Origin: a virus
Taxonomy: Duplodnaviria; Caudoviricetes
Length of the DNA stretch: 64,000 nt
Virus record (IMG/VR): IMGVR_UViG_3300021387_001565
Span: 64,001-128,000 of that record
Direction: 5' to 3' (one strand)
The translations under genes were made by a program, and so were the position numbers. The notes under the pieces are model-generated. The model saw nothing but the letters and a program-made list of their open reading frames with translations. It was not told where the DNA came from and did no database searches. Shown piece after piece: positions 10,055-20,326 of this stretch (position 1 is the first letter of the stretch; every line of letters begins with the position of its first letter).

Positions 10055-10420
10055 TTAATCGGGATTTAACAACTTAATAGAGTACAGGCTCGCTTCGTTC
10101 GTCAAAATATTTTTGGTATTTATGTTAATAGTAACACCCTTGGAACTTTGCACGAGCGTTATGTCGTTTCGTGACAACTGTAACTGCGGCATAAAGGTCA
10201 CTATGCATGAGTACACTTGGTCAATTACAAGCTCGGGTATTAGGTCGTTGTTTTGATTAAAAAACATACTACCCAAAGCACACCCAAAATCGGGGTCGTA
10301 AACAAAAGCCCGCTTGTTTGATAAAAGTGCAAGAGCAAGATTAGATTGGGTAGCATCTGTGTCCTTGACCAATTGCACTTGATTGTTTTTTATCATGTTT
10401 GGAAAACTCAAAGAATACAT
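10055..10420 (-). CDS. Baseplate gp25/GPW-like protein
   Basis: 121 aa with PDFGCAL..MFF and FMPQL motifs, immediately upstream of the gp6-like gene. Confidence 0.8.
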   Translation of the reverse strand: MYSLSFPNMIKNNQVQLVKDTDATQSNLALALLSNKRAFVYDPDFGCALGSMFFNQNNDLIPELVIDQVYSCIVTFMPQLQLSRNDITLVQSSKGVTININTKNILTNEASLYSIKLLNPD

Positions 10421-10508
10421 ATCAAGCCGCTCCTTATCATTAGATTATACAATAATTGCTAACAAAACAGTATGCGTGTGCACCTTTTGTGCCCACGCTA
10501 ACTGAACA

Positions 10509-11012
10509 TTAGTTATTCACTTCTATAGATACAGACTGCCACGTAGTTCCGTCATAAAATTTGAGTGCATTACCATGTGCAGTGTCCACCCAAAAAAGAT
10601 TAGTGTCAACAGGGGGAATAACACCTGCTTCAAATACCTTTGTAGGGGCTGAGAATGCCCGTTTACCCCGTTCACTATCATTGCCCGATAGAATCTCTAG
10701 GTTACCCAATTTAAGGCTCTTATTGACCGTTAAATGGCTAAACGCCACATCGGGGGGAGTAGTCTCCGAACCATCATATAGAAATGAACCTAGTATAACT
10801 ATATTATCCCGCTCACCGTTCTCTACAGCCACATATACCACGTCATCGACTTTAAAGTTATAGAAAGTACCCGCCATACCACAAACGGTTGCTATGGGCA
10901 ACATAGCCTTTGGAGTAGCCGTACTAGAGCTTTTTATTTGGTCGAAAATCGGCATACGCACTCTATAGTGATAGGCATCAATAATCTCTTCGATATACGC
11001 TTTGGTAATCAT
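10509..11012 (-). CDS. Baseplate spike/gpV-like OB-fold protein
   Basis: RVRMP...DDVVYVAVENG...IVILGS pattern; position between hub and gp25-like genes. Confidence 0.65.
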   Translation of the reverse strand: MITKAYIEEIIDAYHYRVRMPIFDQIKSSSTATPKAMLPIATVCGMAGTFYNFKVDDVVYVAVENGERDNIVILGSFLYDGSETTPPDVAFSHLTVNKSLKLGNLEILSGNDSERGKRAFSAPTKVFEAGVIPPVDTNLFWVDTAHGNALKFYDGTTWQSVSIEVNN

Positions 11013-12194
11013 TTAACTCTCCTTAACTCTTACGAGGGTAAGTATGGTTCTAAATCCCGAACGGTCTATCTGCATCTCATCCTTCTGTATACAGTACAGC
11101 CCCGAGGTAATATGTTGTTGACCATAGAACACTACGTTAAGTCTAATGTAAGACATGAGCATTGTGGTCTTGGTCAATCCCTTTAATGTTACCTGTGCAG
11201 TAATAGGAAACTCAGTCATCTCCGTCCACCATTGACTCTTGGATGCTTCTGACTTCATAGTAGTCTTGGATTTTGTGAGTGTCGGAGCAGAAGTAACAAT
11301 CAGTTTACCGTCATCGCCTATACGGTAATTATAATCTACTTGCGTAGGTGTCTCTGACCCCTTGAACAAGATTGACCATTGATTATCGGTCAGAACATTA
11401 AACCCTGTCACAAACTTATCCGTAGGGTATCCAACATCAATAACAAAGGTATCACTACTCTCCGCCATAGCCGCACTCATCTGTACTACACTTAATGACG
11501 CTCCTGCCCCTGTATTGGTTTTCTCATCGCTTACAGCCATCTTGTAGACACCTGTAGACCCGTCTTGAGGGGTCATGCAGGAAGTAAGGTAGTTGATATA
11601 GTTGAACGGCGTAATGTTATTTTTAGGTTCAATCGGAACTGCTTTATCATTACCTGCAATAAGCGAGTTCATTGTTGAAGTGTTAAGCCCCGGAAGCACC
11701 TTGCTAATACCGTAAGACTGATTTTTTACCATACTCTTTATAACATCGCTAGGCTTAGCCGTTGTACCTGCAAAGTTGTAACACTTGGAGTTAAGGTCTT
11801 GTGCTTCACTGACAGCAGTAATAATGTAAGTAATCTTACTGCTGTTGAAGTCAAAGTCATTTTTAACCGCTGTTACTATCGCTGTCTCATCCTTATAAAT
11901 GCTTGACGGGTATGCCCAATCACCATAGCTAAGGGTTATTCTACGCTTGTCAGATATACTGCTCAAAGCTTTATCGATAAGGTTAGGGTCGTCTCCCAAA
12001 GTAATCTGATATTCCAACGTTATCGTGTACGTATTGACTGTTCCATTCATGCGAACTACCCTAATCCCTTTTATGAAATTAGGGTACTTTGTCTTGGAGC
12101 AATCACCCATGACCAAACTTCCGATAGTCACGATTACAAACGGGGCTTCAACAAATGATGAAGAGGTAGTTAATTCCGCATTTGCCATACTCAA
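11013..12194 (-). CDS. Baseplate hub protein (gp27/gpD-like)
   Basis: 393 aa; C-terminal SGLYCI...GFRTILTLVR typical of hub proteins; synteny. Confidence 0.65.
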   Translation of the reverse strand: MSMANAELTTSSSFVEAPFVIVTIGSLVMGDCSKTKYPNFIKGIRVVRMNGTVNTYTITLEYQITLGDDPNLIDKALSSISDKRRITLSYGDWAYPSSIYKDETAIVTAVKNDFDFNSSKITYIITAVSEAQDLNSKCYNFAGTTAKPSDVIKSMVKNQSYGISKVLPGLNTSTMNSLIAGNDKAVPIEPKNNITPFNYINYLTSCMTPQDGSTGVYKMAVSDEKTNTGAGASLSVVQMSAAMAESSDTFVIDVGYPTDKFVTGFNVLTDNQWSILFKGSETPTQVDYNYRIGDDGKLIVTSAPTLTKSKTTMKSEASKSQWWTEMTEFPITAQVTLKGLTKTTMLMSYIRLNVVFYGQQHITSGLYCIQKDEMQIDRSGFRTILTLVRVKES

Positions 12195-12514
12195 TCCTCA
12201 ATAAATTCAATATTACTCAATACGGGTATCTTTAACTTCTGTCCTACAGTCAGTTTTTCAAACGGGTCAAGGATACGATTGAAATCGGCTATAATCCAAT
12301 AACGTGTAGGGTCATTATAACTATTCAAGGCAATCAAGTCTAACGTGTCCCCCGCTTTGACTACATAGTCAGAATAGGCAGTGTCAGTCTTAAGATTTGC
12401 CGTGATACCGTACACATACTTTTCATCCCTCGTATTATAATAATACGGGAAGTAAGCATACCTACTCAGCTTGTTATATGACTTATATGATTTTGACGTT
12501 AATACATCGGGCAT
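12191..12514 (-). CDS. LysM-domain baseplate protein (gp53/tail X-like)
   Basis: YVVKAGDTLDLIA...YNDPTRYWIIADFN...GQKLKIP. Confidence 0.85.
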   Translation of the reverse strand: MPDVLTSKSYKSYNKLSRYAYFPYYYNTRDEKYVYGITANLKTDTAYSDYVVKAGDTLDLIALNSYNDPTRYWIIADFNRILDPFEKLTVGQKLKIPVLSNIEFIED

Positions 12515-12525
12515 GGCTAATCTCC

Positions 12526-13131
12526 TTAAACCGTGTAAATGTTTCTTTCCAAATCAGCATCAACACCTCTGAATCCGCCACTTGACCAAACCGAACTTGC
12601 ATCAAACGGGTTAATCTCAGTCAAATCAAAGCTAATACCGACATTGGCATACTTTCCATTTTCAAGAATAGGCAGGTCATAAGTCACACTTACCGCTCCT
12701 GTGACCACTCCCTTACAAAACACATCGTTACCGAACTTAACCGATATAATTGGGGGATTAACCATTTTTGCAGAAGAGGCATACTCGGGCAATGCCGCCG
12801 CCTGTATACGTTTAGCAAAAACGTCAACCAAATCGTCTGACGCTCCGCCCCCACCGAGGTTAGAGTTGCCGTAGTTAATCTGCTTCATCATATCTCTGTG
12901 CAGTTTGAAATCCACTCGGACTACACGTGGTCCCGACCCTGCATAAGACTGAATAGGAGCAGACCTGCCTAATGGCGTTGAGGAAACGAAGCTAGTGCTC
13001 ATCGAGTCTGTAATGCTGTCGGGATAAGTAGGCAAAATCATCAGCGAATCAAGATGGTGGAAGTAGATGAAGTTGTCAATATTCTTAAAAGTTCTGATAT
13101 TGGTGTGCCCGTAGTATAAGGACAAAGCCAT
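12526..13131 (-). CDS. Tail tube initiator-like protein
   Basis: LGRSAPIQSYAGSGPR.V...F, PPIISVKFG...KGVV motifs; upstream of the LysM gene. Confidence 0.6.
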   Translation of the reverse strand: MALSLYYGHTNIRTFKNIDNFIYFHHLDSLMILPTYPDSITDSMSTSFVSSTPLGRSAPIQSYAGSGPRVVRVDFKLHRDMMKQINYGNSNLGGGGASDDLVDVFAKRIQAAALPEYASSAKMVNPPIISVKFGNDVFCKGVVTGAVSVTYDLPILENGKYANVGISFDLTEINPFDASSVWSSGGFRGVDADLERNIYTV

Positions 13132-13144
13132 GATAAATCACCCC

Positions 13145-14287
13145 TTATGTAGTATACTCTATCTGTTTATCACCATATCCTGCGATATCAACACTGCCCG
13201 ATTGTTTATCTACATAATCGTAAAATAGTTTGTATCTCAAATCTAAATCCCATACATCGGGAGTTCCACCCACATAGGATATTTTCTGTTGGAATCTCTT
13301 CACGTTATTATAAATTGTTTCCTGTGATGTAACCGCATGACCACTAAGATACTCTAACAACTTGTCTGAGTAAGGGTATGACTTACTGTCGTTAATCAGT
13401 GTCAACGCAGGCTTGGTTAGTAGTGCTTGGTCAATGATGCTTGGACGGGTAGAACTTATGTTTTCTGCACTTATAAGCAGATTACGCTGTACATAGTCAC
13501 CCTCAAGCACTACAAGCGACGAGTGGAACGATGAAGGAACTTCGATTGCCAAGTATGCCGAAGCACGATACTTGTAAATATCTGCCCGAGCACAATAGAC
13601 ATTGTATACCGTAGGGTTCGCAAATGATATATTTGTAACCGTAGTGACATGCTCATCAAGTGCATTCGTGATATACGTGCCGTCTGCAAATTTCAACAAC
13701 TGCTTCGTATTCGTGTCATAAAAGATAGTTCTCATCTTAACAGGAGCAGAGGTGTCCATGTAAACGGTGTAGTCCGTGTTCAATCGAATAGGAACAATAA
13801 CGGTTATCCTGTTACTTTGTGTCTTTGCTGTAATATCTGTAACATTAACATCTGCGTATTGCAGTCCAAAGCAATTGTAGAACGGCATCAAGTTAATATC
13901 GTACAAGTCTCTGTAGCATCTCAGATATTTACCGAGTTGAAGGTGCACATCTGTAGAGTAGTCATCCGTGCTAAGGTATTTATACTCATCTACATACAGG
14001 TTGAAGTCAAACAGGAAATAGTCTGACACCACCTCGTATAAAGCATACTCGTAACCAATATACAGAGTATCGCTCGCAATCGTATGCTCGGACACAACAA
14101 CCTGTTCAGAGTAATCGGTCAAATAGCCTGTCTTGGTACACAGAATAACATAAGTAGAGTAAATGTAACGAAATCCCTCTACGATAAAGTCACCGCGTCG
14201 CACGGTATCGAATATAGGGTAAGATATACTCGATACCAAGCGGGAAAGCATGTGGCTCTCAATGGTGTTCTCATAAAACTTATGCAT
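13145..14287 (-). CDS. Hypothetical structural protein
   Basis: 380-aa ORF tightly packed in the tail operon. Confidence 0.5.
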   Translation of the reverse strand: MHKFYENTIESHMLSRLVSSISYPIFDTVRRGDFIVEGFRYIYSTYVILCTKTGYLTDYSEQVVVSEHTIASDTLYIGYEYALYEVVSDYFLFDFNLYVDEYKYLSTDDYSTDVHLQLGKYLRCYRDLYDINLMPFYNCFGLQYADVNVTDITAKTQSNRITVIVPIRLNTDYTVYMDTSAPVKMRTIFYDTNTKQLLKFADGTYITNALDEHVTTVTNISFANPTVYNVYCARADIYKYRASAYLAIEVPSSFHSSLVVLEGDYVQRNLLISAENISSTRPSIIDQALLTKPALTLINDSKSYPYSDKLLEYLSGHAVTSQETIYNNVKRFQQKISYVGGTPDVWDLDLRYKLFYDYVDKQSGSVDIAGYGDKQIEYTT

Positions 14288-14290
14288 GAT

Positions 14291-17200
14291 TTAACTCTCC
14301 ATCAAGTATCTTGATACTGCTGTGTCAAAGTTCGGATTGGTCACGTTGACATTTACGTCGCCATTCACTATCTTAGTTATCAAATCCTCTAACGTCAATT
14401 TATCATTAGTAGATGCATCCCTTGCTCTGTCGTTGGTCTCCTGTGCTTTAGCCTTAATTAGCGCATTCATGATAAGCGTGGTAAGCAGTGTCTGTGCCTT
14501 ATCTGAAACCTCACTGACAGTAGACATGGTTTTTATCTCGCTGTTAGTCACTCGTACATCAATTGATGTACTTGAGCTGTTCATTATCTTATTTACAGAC
14601 GATAAGGTTTTAGAGATGTTCTCAACGCTTGCTGTAGATATATTAACACTCGCATTACTAAGCAAACTTGACCATGTACCCGAATCGGGAATAACGTGGA
14701 TATTCTTCTTGAACAAATCTCTATACAACTCACCGAGTGTATCGGTCTGCTTGGCGGTCTCTGCACTTGCTGTTGATACAGCCGAGATAGCATTAGCTGT
14801 GGTTAGCGAACTTGTACTCCGCAAGGATGAGGACGAGTAGGACAGTGCGGAATTTAACTCTTCGTTATAATTCGCAAACGTCTTGCCATAACTGTCCATA
14901 CTGCTCGCTACGGAATCAATCTGCTCGGACAGATTAGCCGATGAACCAACAAACTCAGTGCTCCGACTGAACACATTAGACGCTACGCCGCTGTTAATTG
15001 ACGAAGAATAACTTGCACTTGTAGCGGTTGACGCTCCACTCGGTGCAGAAGTAGCCGCTGATGCTCTGCCCCTGCTTTCAAAATTAGACTGCTCCCAACT
15101 CTTAAGATTTAATCTAAACGGATTTGATACCGCAGAAGATACAGTACCAATAGCACCGACAATACTTGTGGCAATAGGAACTAACTGAGCAATCTGCGCT
15201 ACCTGTGATAATACAGGAATGCCAGCGTCCGCAAGTGCACCTTGTAATCTATATGCCACGTATTTACCTGTACTGTCTGAGATACCCGTAGCGATAGACG
15301 TAAACATGTTCTCTACAAGATTGTCTATTCTCTCGGACAAATGCATACGGTCTGTGATTGAGTTGACTTGGTCGTCAACCCACATCTTTGATGAAGCACT
15401 TGTAGCGTAAGCACTGTACACGGCACTAAATTTGGAGCTTTGTGCCAAGTTCGAGATAGCCTCAAAATCAGCACGTGTCATATTGAATAGGTCTTGGTAC
15501 TGTGCCTTTATAATGTTAGTTGAGGAAGTGTTTATTTCGTCAATATACTTTACAACGCCACGCATCAAAGTATTGATGTCCGCTTCTCTAACACCCTCAT
15601 TGAGCAATTTTGCGTAATCGAGATTCTGTTTATTAGCAACTAATGCGAACAGCGACTGCAAATCCTGTGCCCCTGCAAGAGCATTCACATCGCCTGTGCC
15701 AAGATAAACAAGTCCTTGTGTCAACCGTTCGAGAGTAGAACTCGAAGCACCCATAGAGCTTAGTGCCGCCATCCATTTCTGAATAGCAAAGTTAATCCCT
15801 ACCGAATCGGTCATGGTGCTGTCCAAGTCCATTAAAAGTCCCTCAATATTGTCGAACTCGGTAGACAAATATGAAGTGTCCTTGAACCACTGATTTAACA
15901 GCTTGTTCAGTATGCCTTCCATGCCCATATACTGATTAGTGCTGTCTTTCTGCTGTAACCTAATCAAGCGAAGCAGGTTTTCGTTATCAGCCTCAAAGGT
16001 AGTAACTAACTTATCACCAATAGCCATGAGCAATGCACGCTCTTCAAGGTTCTGAACGATACCCTGCTCTACAAGGTCTGCCACCTTCTCCATAACCTTT
16101 GTTTGGGTTACGATAGGTGACATACCGATGTTGGACTTGACCAACTTATAGATAGAATCATAGGTATGGTCAGCACCGTTAAGTCTTGTCATCAGTTTAG
16201 ACTGATACTGATAGTAGGTGCTGAGATACGGGTCAATCTTCTGAGTAAGGAACTCTGACACCTTAGACAAAGCGTTGGCTACTGTGCCAGCAACTTTACC
16301 AAGAAGATTAGAGAACAATTGTTTAAAGAATCCGCCTACACCGCCACTCACGAAAGAGTTCAAAAGACCGTCTGTGAGACTTCCGCCCGCTTCCTGCATT
16401 GCTTGTTCAGCGGCATTAGCGTCCTTGATTATCTTAACGAGGTCTCCATCCCTGTCTTCAAATTCAGCGGTAAGACCCTCTTTAAACATTTTCTTTATAT
16501 CTTCAACAGATTTGCCCGACTTTACGCTTAATTGTTCGTAAGCATCCTTACGTTGTTTACCATAGGTGTTCTTAAATATGCGATTATTTTCTCTTCGTGC
16601 GGTATCACTTTCATTAAGCAAATTCCATTTCTCGGTCATGGTAAGATACCGCCCTTGGTCACTCAATATATCGTTATTAGTCGCAATAAGAGCCGTATTC
16701 TTGGCAAATGTCTGCATTCGCTGTTCATTTACGGCATCTACAGCACTCTGTCTGCGCAAAGGATGGACAGACTCCTTAAGTTCCTCGCGGAGTTCTTCCA
16801 TTCGCAGTTCATGGTCTCGTTTAAGGGAGTCTAATTTCTGCTGATGCTCTAACTTCATGTTGGCGACAGCCAATTCATGACGCTTCTGCTCAAAGGTAAC
16901 CTGTTGCTGATACTCTTCTACAGTATCACGCCCCTGCTCATCCTTCTCACCACGGCGTAACTGAGTGCGCTCTTCGTACAACCGATGCTGTAAAGCCTGT
17001 TCACGAGCGTACTCCTTTAATTTTTCATTATAGGCATCTTCCTCGGCAAGAAGTCTCATACGGATGCCTGTTTCGTAGATATTATTGTAAGCAGTCTGCT
17101 GTTCCGCTAATTGGCTTTGAAGAGAAGCAAGTTCCCTTTGGGCTTCAAACACACCCTTATTGTTAAGTCTCTCTTTTGGAGCGACAGCATCCTCACCACG

Positions 17201-17791
17201 GGCTATAGCGGCTTTGTATTCCTGCCGTGCCTTAAGTATTGCATCGTTGTGGGCTTGAATATCATTGAGTCTATCCGTGGTGTCACTTATATCTTGGTTG
17301 AGCAACTGAATAGTCTTAGACATTCCGTTGATTACCGAATCATAATAATCCGCCTGCTCAGCGTGTGTCTTATTTAAAAGTTCAGAATAATGCAGTGCCT
17401 TGACTATACGCCCCTCTATCTGAGTAGATATTGCATCACCAAGATTGCTCAAGCGGGTAAATTCAGCCTCTAACTTATGGATTGTAGTTGCTTCCGCCTT
17501 TGCACGTTTAGCCGCTTTAAGGGCTTTACGTGCTTCCTCTTGCTTCTCCAAGGTCTTCTGATATACAGCATTGCGCTCAAGCGACTTTCTCAATAACTCG
17601 TCTCTCTTATGCTGTTCAGCGGCAAAATACTTCGTCTTGTTATTCTCAAAAGCGACAAAGGCTCTATAAGCATTGCGATAAGAGTTAAAAGTCCCGTTCC
17701 CACCATTATTAGCCGAGTTTGCGGCTGAATATCTGTTGGGATTATCGGGATTACTCCGAGAGTTAAAACTGCCGTTGTTATTGGTCTGCAT
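14291..17791 (-). CDS. Tape measure protein
   Basis: 1166 aa, helical/coiled-coil, Ala/Ser-rich C-terminus; follows the tail assembly chaperone genes. Confidence 0.75.
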   Translation of the reverse strand: MQTNNNGSFNSRSNPDNPNRYSAANSANNGGNGTFNSYRNAYRAFVAFENNKTKYFAAEQHKRDELLRKSLERNAVYQKTLEKQEEARKALKAAKRAKAEATTIHKLEAEFTRLSNLGDAISTQIEGRIVKALHYSELLNKTHAEQADYYDSVINGMSKTIQLLNQDISDTTDRLNDIQAHNDAILKARQEYKAAIARGEDAVAPKERLNNKGVFEAQRELASLQSQLAEQQTAYNNIYETGIRMRLLAEEDAYNEKLKEYAREQALQHRLYEERTQLRRGEKDEQGRDTVEEYQQQVTFEQKRHELAVANMKLEHQQKLDSLKRDHELRMEELREELKESVHPLRRQSAVDAVNEQRMQTFAKNTALIATNNDILSDQGRYLTMTEKWNLLNESDTARRENNRIFKNTYGKQRKDAYEQLSVKSGKSVEDIKKMFKEGLTAEFEDRDGDLVKIIKDANAAEQAMQEAGGSLTDGLLNSFVSGGVGGFFKQLFSNLLGKVAGTVANALSKVSEFLTQKIDPYLSTYYQYQSKLMTRLNGADHTYDSIYKLVKSNIGMSPIVTQTKVMEKVADLVEQGIVQNLEERALLMAIGDKLVTTFEADNENLLRLIRLQQKDSTNQYMGMEGILNKLLNQWFKDTSYLSTEFDNIEGLLMDLDSTMTDSVGINFAIQKWMAALSSMGASSSTLERLTQGLVYLGTGDVNALAGAQDLQSLFALVANKQNLDYAKLLNEGVREADINTLMRGVVKYIDEINTSSTNIIKAQYQDLFNMTRADFEAISNLAQSSKFSAVYSAYATSASSKMWVDDQVNSITDRMHLSERIDNLVENMFTSIATGISDSTGKYVAYRLQGALADAGIPVLSQVAQIAQLVPIATSIVGAIGTVSSAVSNPFRLNLKSWEQSNFESRGRASAATSAPSGASTATSASYSSSINSGVASNVFSRSTEFVGSSANLSEQIDSVASSMDSYGKTFANYNEELNSALSYSSSSLRSTSSLTTANAISAVSTASAETAKQTDTLGELYRDLFKKNIHVIPDSGTWSSLLSNASVNISTASVENISKTLSSVNKIMNSSSTSIDVRVTNSEIKTMSTVSEVSDKAQTLLTTLIMNALIKAKAQETNDRARDASTNDKLTLEDLITKIVNGDVNVNVTNPNFDTAVSRYLMES

Positions 17792-17803
17792 ATCTTACTT
17801 CTC

Positions 17804-18015
17804 CTAAGTGTGACGTTGACGCGCTTCCTGCTCCCTCTGTAAATCCTGCAAGATAAATCCAAGCAGATACTCACGCTCTTTCGGGGGCATCTTTGCTACG
17901 TCAGAATAAGACGTATTGCAAAACTTCGTGACAAGGTATTTCTCGTTTGCAATCTCCTTAAAGCGTATAGGGGCAAACGGCTTGCCATCAGAAGTCAATA
18001 CTGGGTCCAAAAAAT
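17804..18015 (-). CDS. Tail assembly chaperone C-terminal extension (gp51 C-terminal/GT-like), possibly reached by frameshift
   Basis: SYSDVAKMPPKEREYLL resembles the small chaperone-extension family before tape measure genes; overlaps the 3' end of 17988..18743 with no clear RBS/start. Confidence 0.55.
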
Positions 18016-18743
18016 TCTGTTGTTTGGCGAAACATGGTGCGGTAGTTATTACCGCATACCTCACAATCCACCTCAATGTCCATGTCCAAACCGATTGAGT
18101 TGTTGATTTTCTCTGTACACTTCAATATCTCGTTAGCGTCACGCATGGGCATATTTTGACAAAACTCCTCAAGTTCAATTACATTCGGAGCTTTACCATC
18201 AATTTCCTTAATAAGGAACTGCAACGTAATTGCAAGCCCTCTGTCTACATGACTAGCAGACTTGCCTTTTATCTCTTTGATACGGTCTTCAATATCATCA
18301 AGCATATGAGGGGTCTGATAGTTCAGTGTAACCGACTTCTTGCTTACAGGCAGGTCTCTGTGGAAATACTTGAGCACTTCGTCGGTATATTCGTGCGACA
18401 CAATACTGTCGAGGTCAATAGTCTCACTAGAAGTTACCCTGCACACAGGACAGGTACAAGCGAGTTTGTATGAACTTCCATAAGTAACCACACGGAGTTT
18501 ATGTAACAGGAATACATAATCACCAATGCACATATCGTAACAAGAAATGCTCTTGTTCCTGTCTACCCTGCATGAATCAATCAAATCACACATGGCTTTA
18601 TATCCGCTGTGCTGATTGTTCAACCGTGCCATCTCATCCGCAGTAGTCATACTACGTAAAGTCTCTTTAGTCGGGACTGAGCCGCCATAAAGTTTACCAA
18701 GACTAGGCAACGTGTACGTTTCCTTGATAGTGTAATCTTCCAT
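17988..18743 (-). CDS. Tail assembly chaperone / baseplate hub assembly protein (T4 gp26/gp51-like)
   Basis: YTLPS.G..Y, RSMTTADE, CPVC and CEVC zinc motifs, terminal EFFGP. Confidence 0.75.
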   Translation of the reverse strand: MEDYTIKETYTLPSLGKLYGGSVPTKETLRSMTTADEMARLNNQHSGYKAMCDLIDSCRVDRNKSISCYDMCIGDYVFLLHKLRVVTYGSSYKLACTCPVCRVTSSETIDLDSIVSHEYTDEVLKYFHRDLPVSKKSVTLNYQTPHMLDDIEDRIKEIKGKSASHVDRGLAITLQFLIKEIDGKAPNVIELEEFCQNMPMRDANEILKCTEKINNSIGLDMDIEVDCEVCGNNYRTMFRQTTEFFGPSIDF

Positions 18744-18770
18744 CTTAAAAGTCCTTTCTTAAAAAAATTG

Positions 18771-19580
18771 TTAGTCATTATCTTCTTCGGGATTCTCTTC
18801 GTCAAACAGGTCAAGCTGTGCTTTATCCATCTTATCAGAAGCGAACTGAACACCCGATTGATTACCCTTCTTAAACTTGGTGCTGTCCCTACGTTCATCG
18901 TTAGCGGTCTTAATCTCAGCCTTATCTAACGTGTCATCAGTATCGAACATATCCATCTGAGTAGGCTCTTCGTATTTCTTGTTAAATATCGCAGGATAGA
19001 TGATACGAGCGTAAAGGGCTTCCCTATGCTTCTTAATGTACTGTATGTAGTTAAATATAACACGTGCAACAGTCTGTAACCAACGTTCATTGGATATTAC
19101 AAGTAATACGTGCTTACAGCCGCTCCCCAAAGAATCGTCGGGGTTTCGTATCCACTTGCCGTTATCTCTCTGTAATGGTCCAGAGTCCACGTTATTACGC
19201 GAGTTCCAGTAATTATAACGAAACGTGTAGTCTGGACACGAACAGTGAACATATGCGTCGTCACTATTAAAAGCATGAACTAATGCTCTCGTAATGTTAC
19301 GAATATCAACTTCATCCTCGGTATCTGCAAGAGAACGGAGTTTCTTCAAAAAGCCGCCGAACTTAACCTTTACCTCATAGGTATCAGTCTCACCTCTTAC
19401 GACAATAGATACGGTCAAGATGTCATCCTTAAACAACTCATTCATATTGATGTTATTTATTTCTCTGGTCGAGTTCAGTACCGTTGACCGCTTACGTCTA
19501 TTATATCGTTCTCTACCCTTTTTAGACGCTCTGCTTTTAGCAAGCAGTGCCTGTCTGTTGGCTTCTAACAACATCCGCAT
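18771..19580 (-). CDS. SWIM zinc-finger protein
   Basis: HCSCPDY...GCKHVL (CxC-xn-CxH); start moved downstream of the AGGAG RBS. Confidence 0.65.
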   Translation of the reverse strand: MRMLLEANRQALLAKSRASKKGRERYNRRKRSTVLNSTREINNINMNELFKDDILTVSIVVRGETDTYEVKVKFGGFLKKLRSLADTEDEVDIRNITRALVHAFNSDDAYVHCSCPDYTFRYNYWNSRNNVDSGPLQRDNGKWIRNPDDSLGSGCKHVLLVISNERWLQTVARVIFNYIQYIKKHREALYARIIYPAIFNKKYEEPTQMDMFDTDDTLDKAEIKTANDERRDSTKFKKGNQSGVQFASDKMDKAQLDLFDEENPEEDND

Positions 19581-19707
19581 GAACATCTCTCCTGTCTTGC
19601 ATAATCCTACACTACATACTATATTATACATTTTTTATTACAAAAATGCAAAAGAAACTGCCGACGTAGGAACTTCCCACATCGGCAGTAGTGTCTAACA
19701 AAACGAT

Positions 19708-20307
19708 TTAGTTGTTGTCAATCTCCGCCCAATCGTAATGAACCTTAGCGGTGATTTCCTGCTTATCATTATCATCAGCACTGTACTCACCCTCAGTTAA
19801 TTCACCAATCCAACAACCATGCATCTTCCACTTGCGTACAAGTTGATAGTCGGGGGTGTATTCGCAGAGGAAAGCGTCCTTCTTATAGTCCTCTACAAGA
19901 CCAACCTTCTGAGTCTTGGTATTATAACTCTTGGACTGCCAAGCCATAAGAACATCTTTAGCGGATGCACCGATGAAGTCTCTGAATGTAAATGAGGTAT
20001 CCGAGAACTCGGGAACACCTGCATACTTAATAGTGTTGTTACCGCGCTTTAACGCAATTGCCTCTTGTGCAAAATGAGGAACAGCGGCGGAAGAAACGGA
20101 CACACGGAGAACTTCCTGCGCATTAGGTATACTTGCACCCCCGGGGAGTGCGATACCATCAATATCTGTGACAATCCACTCAAAGTTATTCTTACGCTGT
20201 ATCTCGTAGAGGTTGGGATTGTCTGCCAAATGATAGGTACTCATCGGCTTAGAGGTCTTTTCATCAAGAGTAGAGTTTCTGTCTACCCCGCCAATTCTAA
20301 TCGACAT
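19708..20307 (-). CDS. Tail tube protein (T4 gp19-like)
   Basis: KYAG.PEF...FRDF...WQ...YKKDA...WKMHGCW...YDWA; follows the sheath gene. Confidence 0.85.
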   Translation of the reverse strand: MSIRIGGVDRNSTLDEKTSKPMSTYHLADNPNLYEIQRKNNFEWIVTDIDGIALPGGASIPNAQEVLRVSVSSAAVPHFAQEAIALKRGNNTIKYAGVPEFSDTSFTFRDFIGASAKDVLMAWQSKSYNTKTQKVGLVEDYKKDAFLCEYTPDYQLVRKWKMHGCWIGELTEGEYSADDNDKQEITAKVHYDWAEIDNN

Positions 20308-20326
20308 AATTTTTATCTCCTTCTAA

